The position numbers and the translations under genes are program-made. Below the pieces are notes generated by a model. The model searched no databases. It was not told the origin of the DNA and saw only the letters and a program-made list of their open reading frames with translations. A stretch of DNA of 32,000 nt from Mycobacterium sp. (GTDB lineage Bacteria; Actinomycetota; Actinomycetes; Mycobacteriales; Mycobacteriaceae): contig OZ257262.1 in assembly GCA_965279745.1 (NCBI GenBank), positions 329,201 through 361,200 on the forward strand, read 5' to 3'. Shown in pieces: positions 30,701-32,000 of the stretch. The stretch's first letter is position 1; each line of letters opens with the position of its first letter.

Positions 30701-32000
30701 GCTGGTGGTAAGGCGTTGGTGGCTGGGTTCACCCATGGCAATGGCGGTAATGGTGCTACCGGTGGTACTGGGGGTAACGCCGGTAATGGTGGTACTGGTG
30801 GTGGTGGTACTGCGGGCACACCTAATGGTGGTGATGGTGGTGCTGGTGGTACGCGTGGTGGTGCTGGTGCTTCGGGTGCTGGTGGTGCCGCGGGTGGTAC
30901 GGGTGCGTCGGCGGGGTCGGCGGGGACCTCGGGTGCCGCGGGGACCACTGGCGGTAATGGTGGTGCTGGTGGTGCGGGCTGGAACAGCGACTCGAGTAGC
31001 GCTGCTGGTGGTGCCGGCGGTAAGGGTGGTGCCGCGGGTGCTATCGGTGATGGTGGTGCTGGTGGTGCTGGTGGTAATGGTTTTGCTGGTGCTGCTGGTG
31101 GTAACGGCTCTACTGGCGGGTACGGGGTTTCTGGTGGAGACGCCACGTCTAATGGTGGTTGGGGCACTGCTGGTGGTGCTGGTGGTGCTGGTGGTACGGG
31201 CGGGACGACCTCGGGTAAGGGTGGTTCCGGTGGTGCTGGTGGTGTTGGTGGTGTTGGTGGTACCGGCGGTAACGGCGGTAACGGTGGTACCGGGACGACC
31301 GCGGGCAGTGGTTCCGGCGGTAATGGTGGTACCGGCAGTGCTGGTGGTACCGGTGGTACCGGTGGTGCTGGGGGTGCTGCGGGTAAGGCTGGCGGCACGG
31401 GTGGTACGACCGGTGCTAATGGCAGTGGCGGTAATGGTGGTACTGGTGGTGCTGCGGGTAACGCCGGTAATGGTGGTGCTGGTGCTGGCGGGACGGCGGG
31501 CACACCGAATGGTGGCGATGGTGGTGAGGGCGGTAACCGTGGTGCCGCCGGTAATGGTGGTACCGGGGGCTTGGCTGGTGGCACGACCGGCGGTGCGGCG
31601 GCGGGGACCACGGGGAGCACTGGTGGTGTCGGGGCGTTGGGTGCCGGCGGTAATGGTGGTTCTGGTGGTGACGGCTTTGATGGGTCGGGTACCACGGGCG
31701 CTAACGGCGGTAATGGCGGTAAGGGTGGTGCGGCTGGTTCGTTCGGTAATGGTGGTGCCGGTGGTAAGGGCGGTAATGGTGGCGGGGGGACCGCGGGGAC
31801 TGCGGGGACCACGGGCAGCACTGATGGCGTTACTGGTCAGGCTGGTGGTGTTGGTGGTGCTGGTGGTGCTGGTGGTAGGGGCGGTTTGGTCCAGGGTGAT
31901 GGTGGTGCCGGCGGTAAGGGCGGTAACGGTGCTACCGGTGGTACCGGTGGTGACGGCCATGATGGTGCGGCCGGGGTTACCGGGGTAAATAACGGTGTTG
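24757..32000 (+). pseudogene. Second copy of the giant PGRS-like glycine-rich gene, frameshifted at a G9 tract (24996-25004) and 3'-partial at the window edge
   Basis: ATG 24757 encodes the same 82 N-terminal residues as copy 1. The extra G then gives 41 aberrant residues and a stop at 25126-25128 (ORF 24757..25128). The Gly-rich frame is open from the tract to position 32000 and matches copy 1. It includes an intact reading through 29316-29317, the site where copy 1 is broken. Confidence 0.8.

Larger units (their letters stand above)
24587..32000 (+). repeat. Direct repeat copy 2 (continues beyond the window end)
   Basis: See 12147-19559. Confidence 0.9.

Noticed and set aside
24755-31960. 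A 2,401-aa Thr/Arg-rich minus-strand ORF, plus ORFs 16022..20266 and 12372..13379.
   Set aside because: This is another antisense frame of the same repeat (GGT read as ACC gives Thr). Its composition is implausible for a real protein, and its boundaries shift exactly with the 1-nt indels of the plus-strand gene.
13477-31988. Dozens of Val/Leu/Met-rich plus-strand ORFs (MVVLVVLVV..), for example 14068..14733, 18042..19547 and 30483..31988.
   Set aside because: This is the +1 frame of the Gly-rich gene (gGTG GTG CTG GTG), starting at ATGs created by aATGgt. They have no RBS and are nested entirely within the real frame.

Overview
High-GC actinobacterial DNA, most consistent with a Mycobacterium chromosome. 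All function calls come from reading the translations and motifs, since no database search was possible. Positions 1-6350 look like conserved core. They hold a minus-strand sugar ABC importer operon (two permeases plus a solute-binding protein that runs off the window start), a divergent TldD/PmbA-like metalloprotease pair, a convergent threonine-aldolase-family PLP enzyme, and a tRNA-Met(CAU). From 6357 the content looks accessory. An IS481-family element with a frameshifted transposase sits 7 bp past the tRNA and is flanked by a 16-bp duplication that includes the tRNA 3' end. It is followed by vapBC, a small secreted protein, a PHB-depolymerase-type esterase, a hypothetical protein and a methyltransferase whose C-terminus resembles PqqD/RRE domains. 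A possible integrase C-terminal remnant closes this stretch. The dominant feature is a giant PGRS-like glycine-rich gene with no PE domain and a Sec-type signal peptide. It is present as two almost identical direct copies: 12147-22975+ and 24587 to beyond 32000. Copy 1 would encode 3,552 aa but is split by a 1-nt deletion at 16876. Copy 2 is thrown out of frame by a G9 tract (G8 in copy 1) just after the signal-peptide cleavage site. Nested IS3/IS21 debris (23141-24480) separates the copies. The huge Pro-, Thr- and Val-rich ORFs in other frames are shadow ORFs of the repeat.
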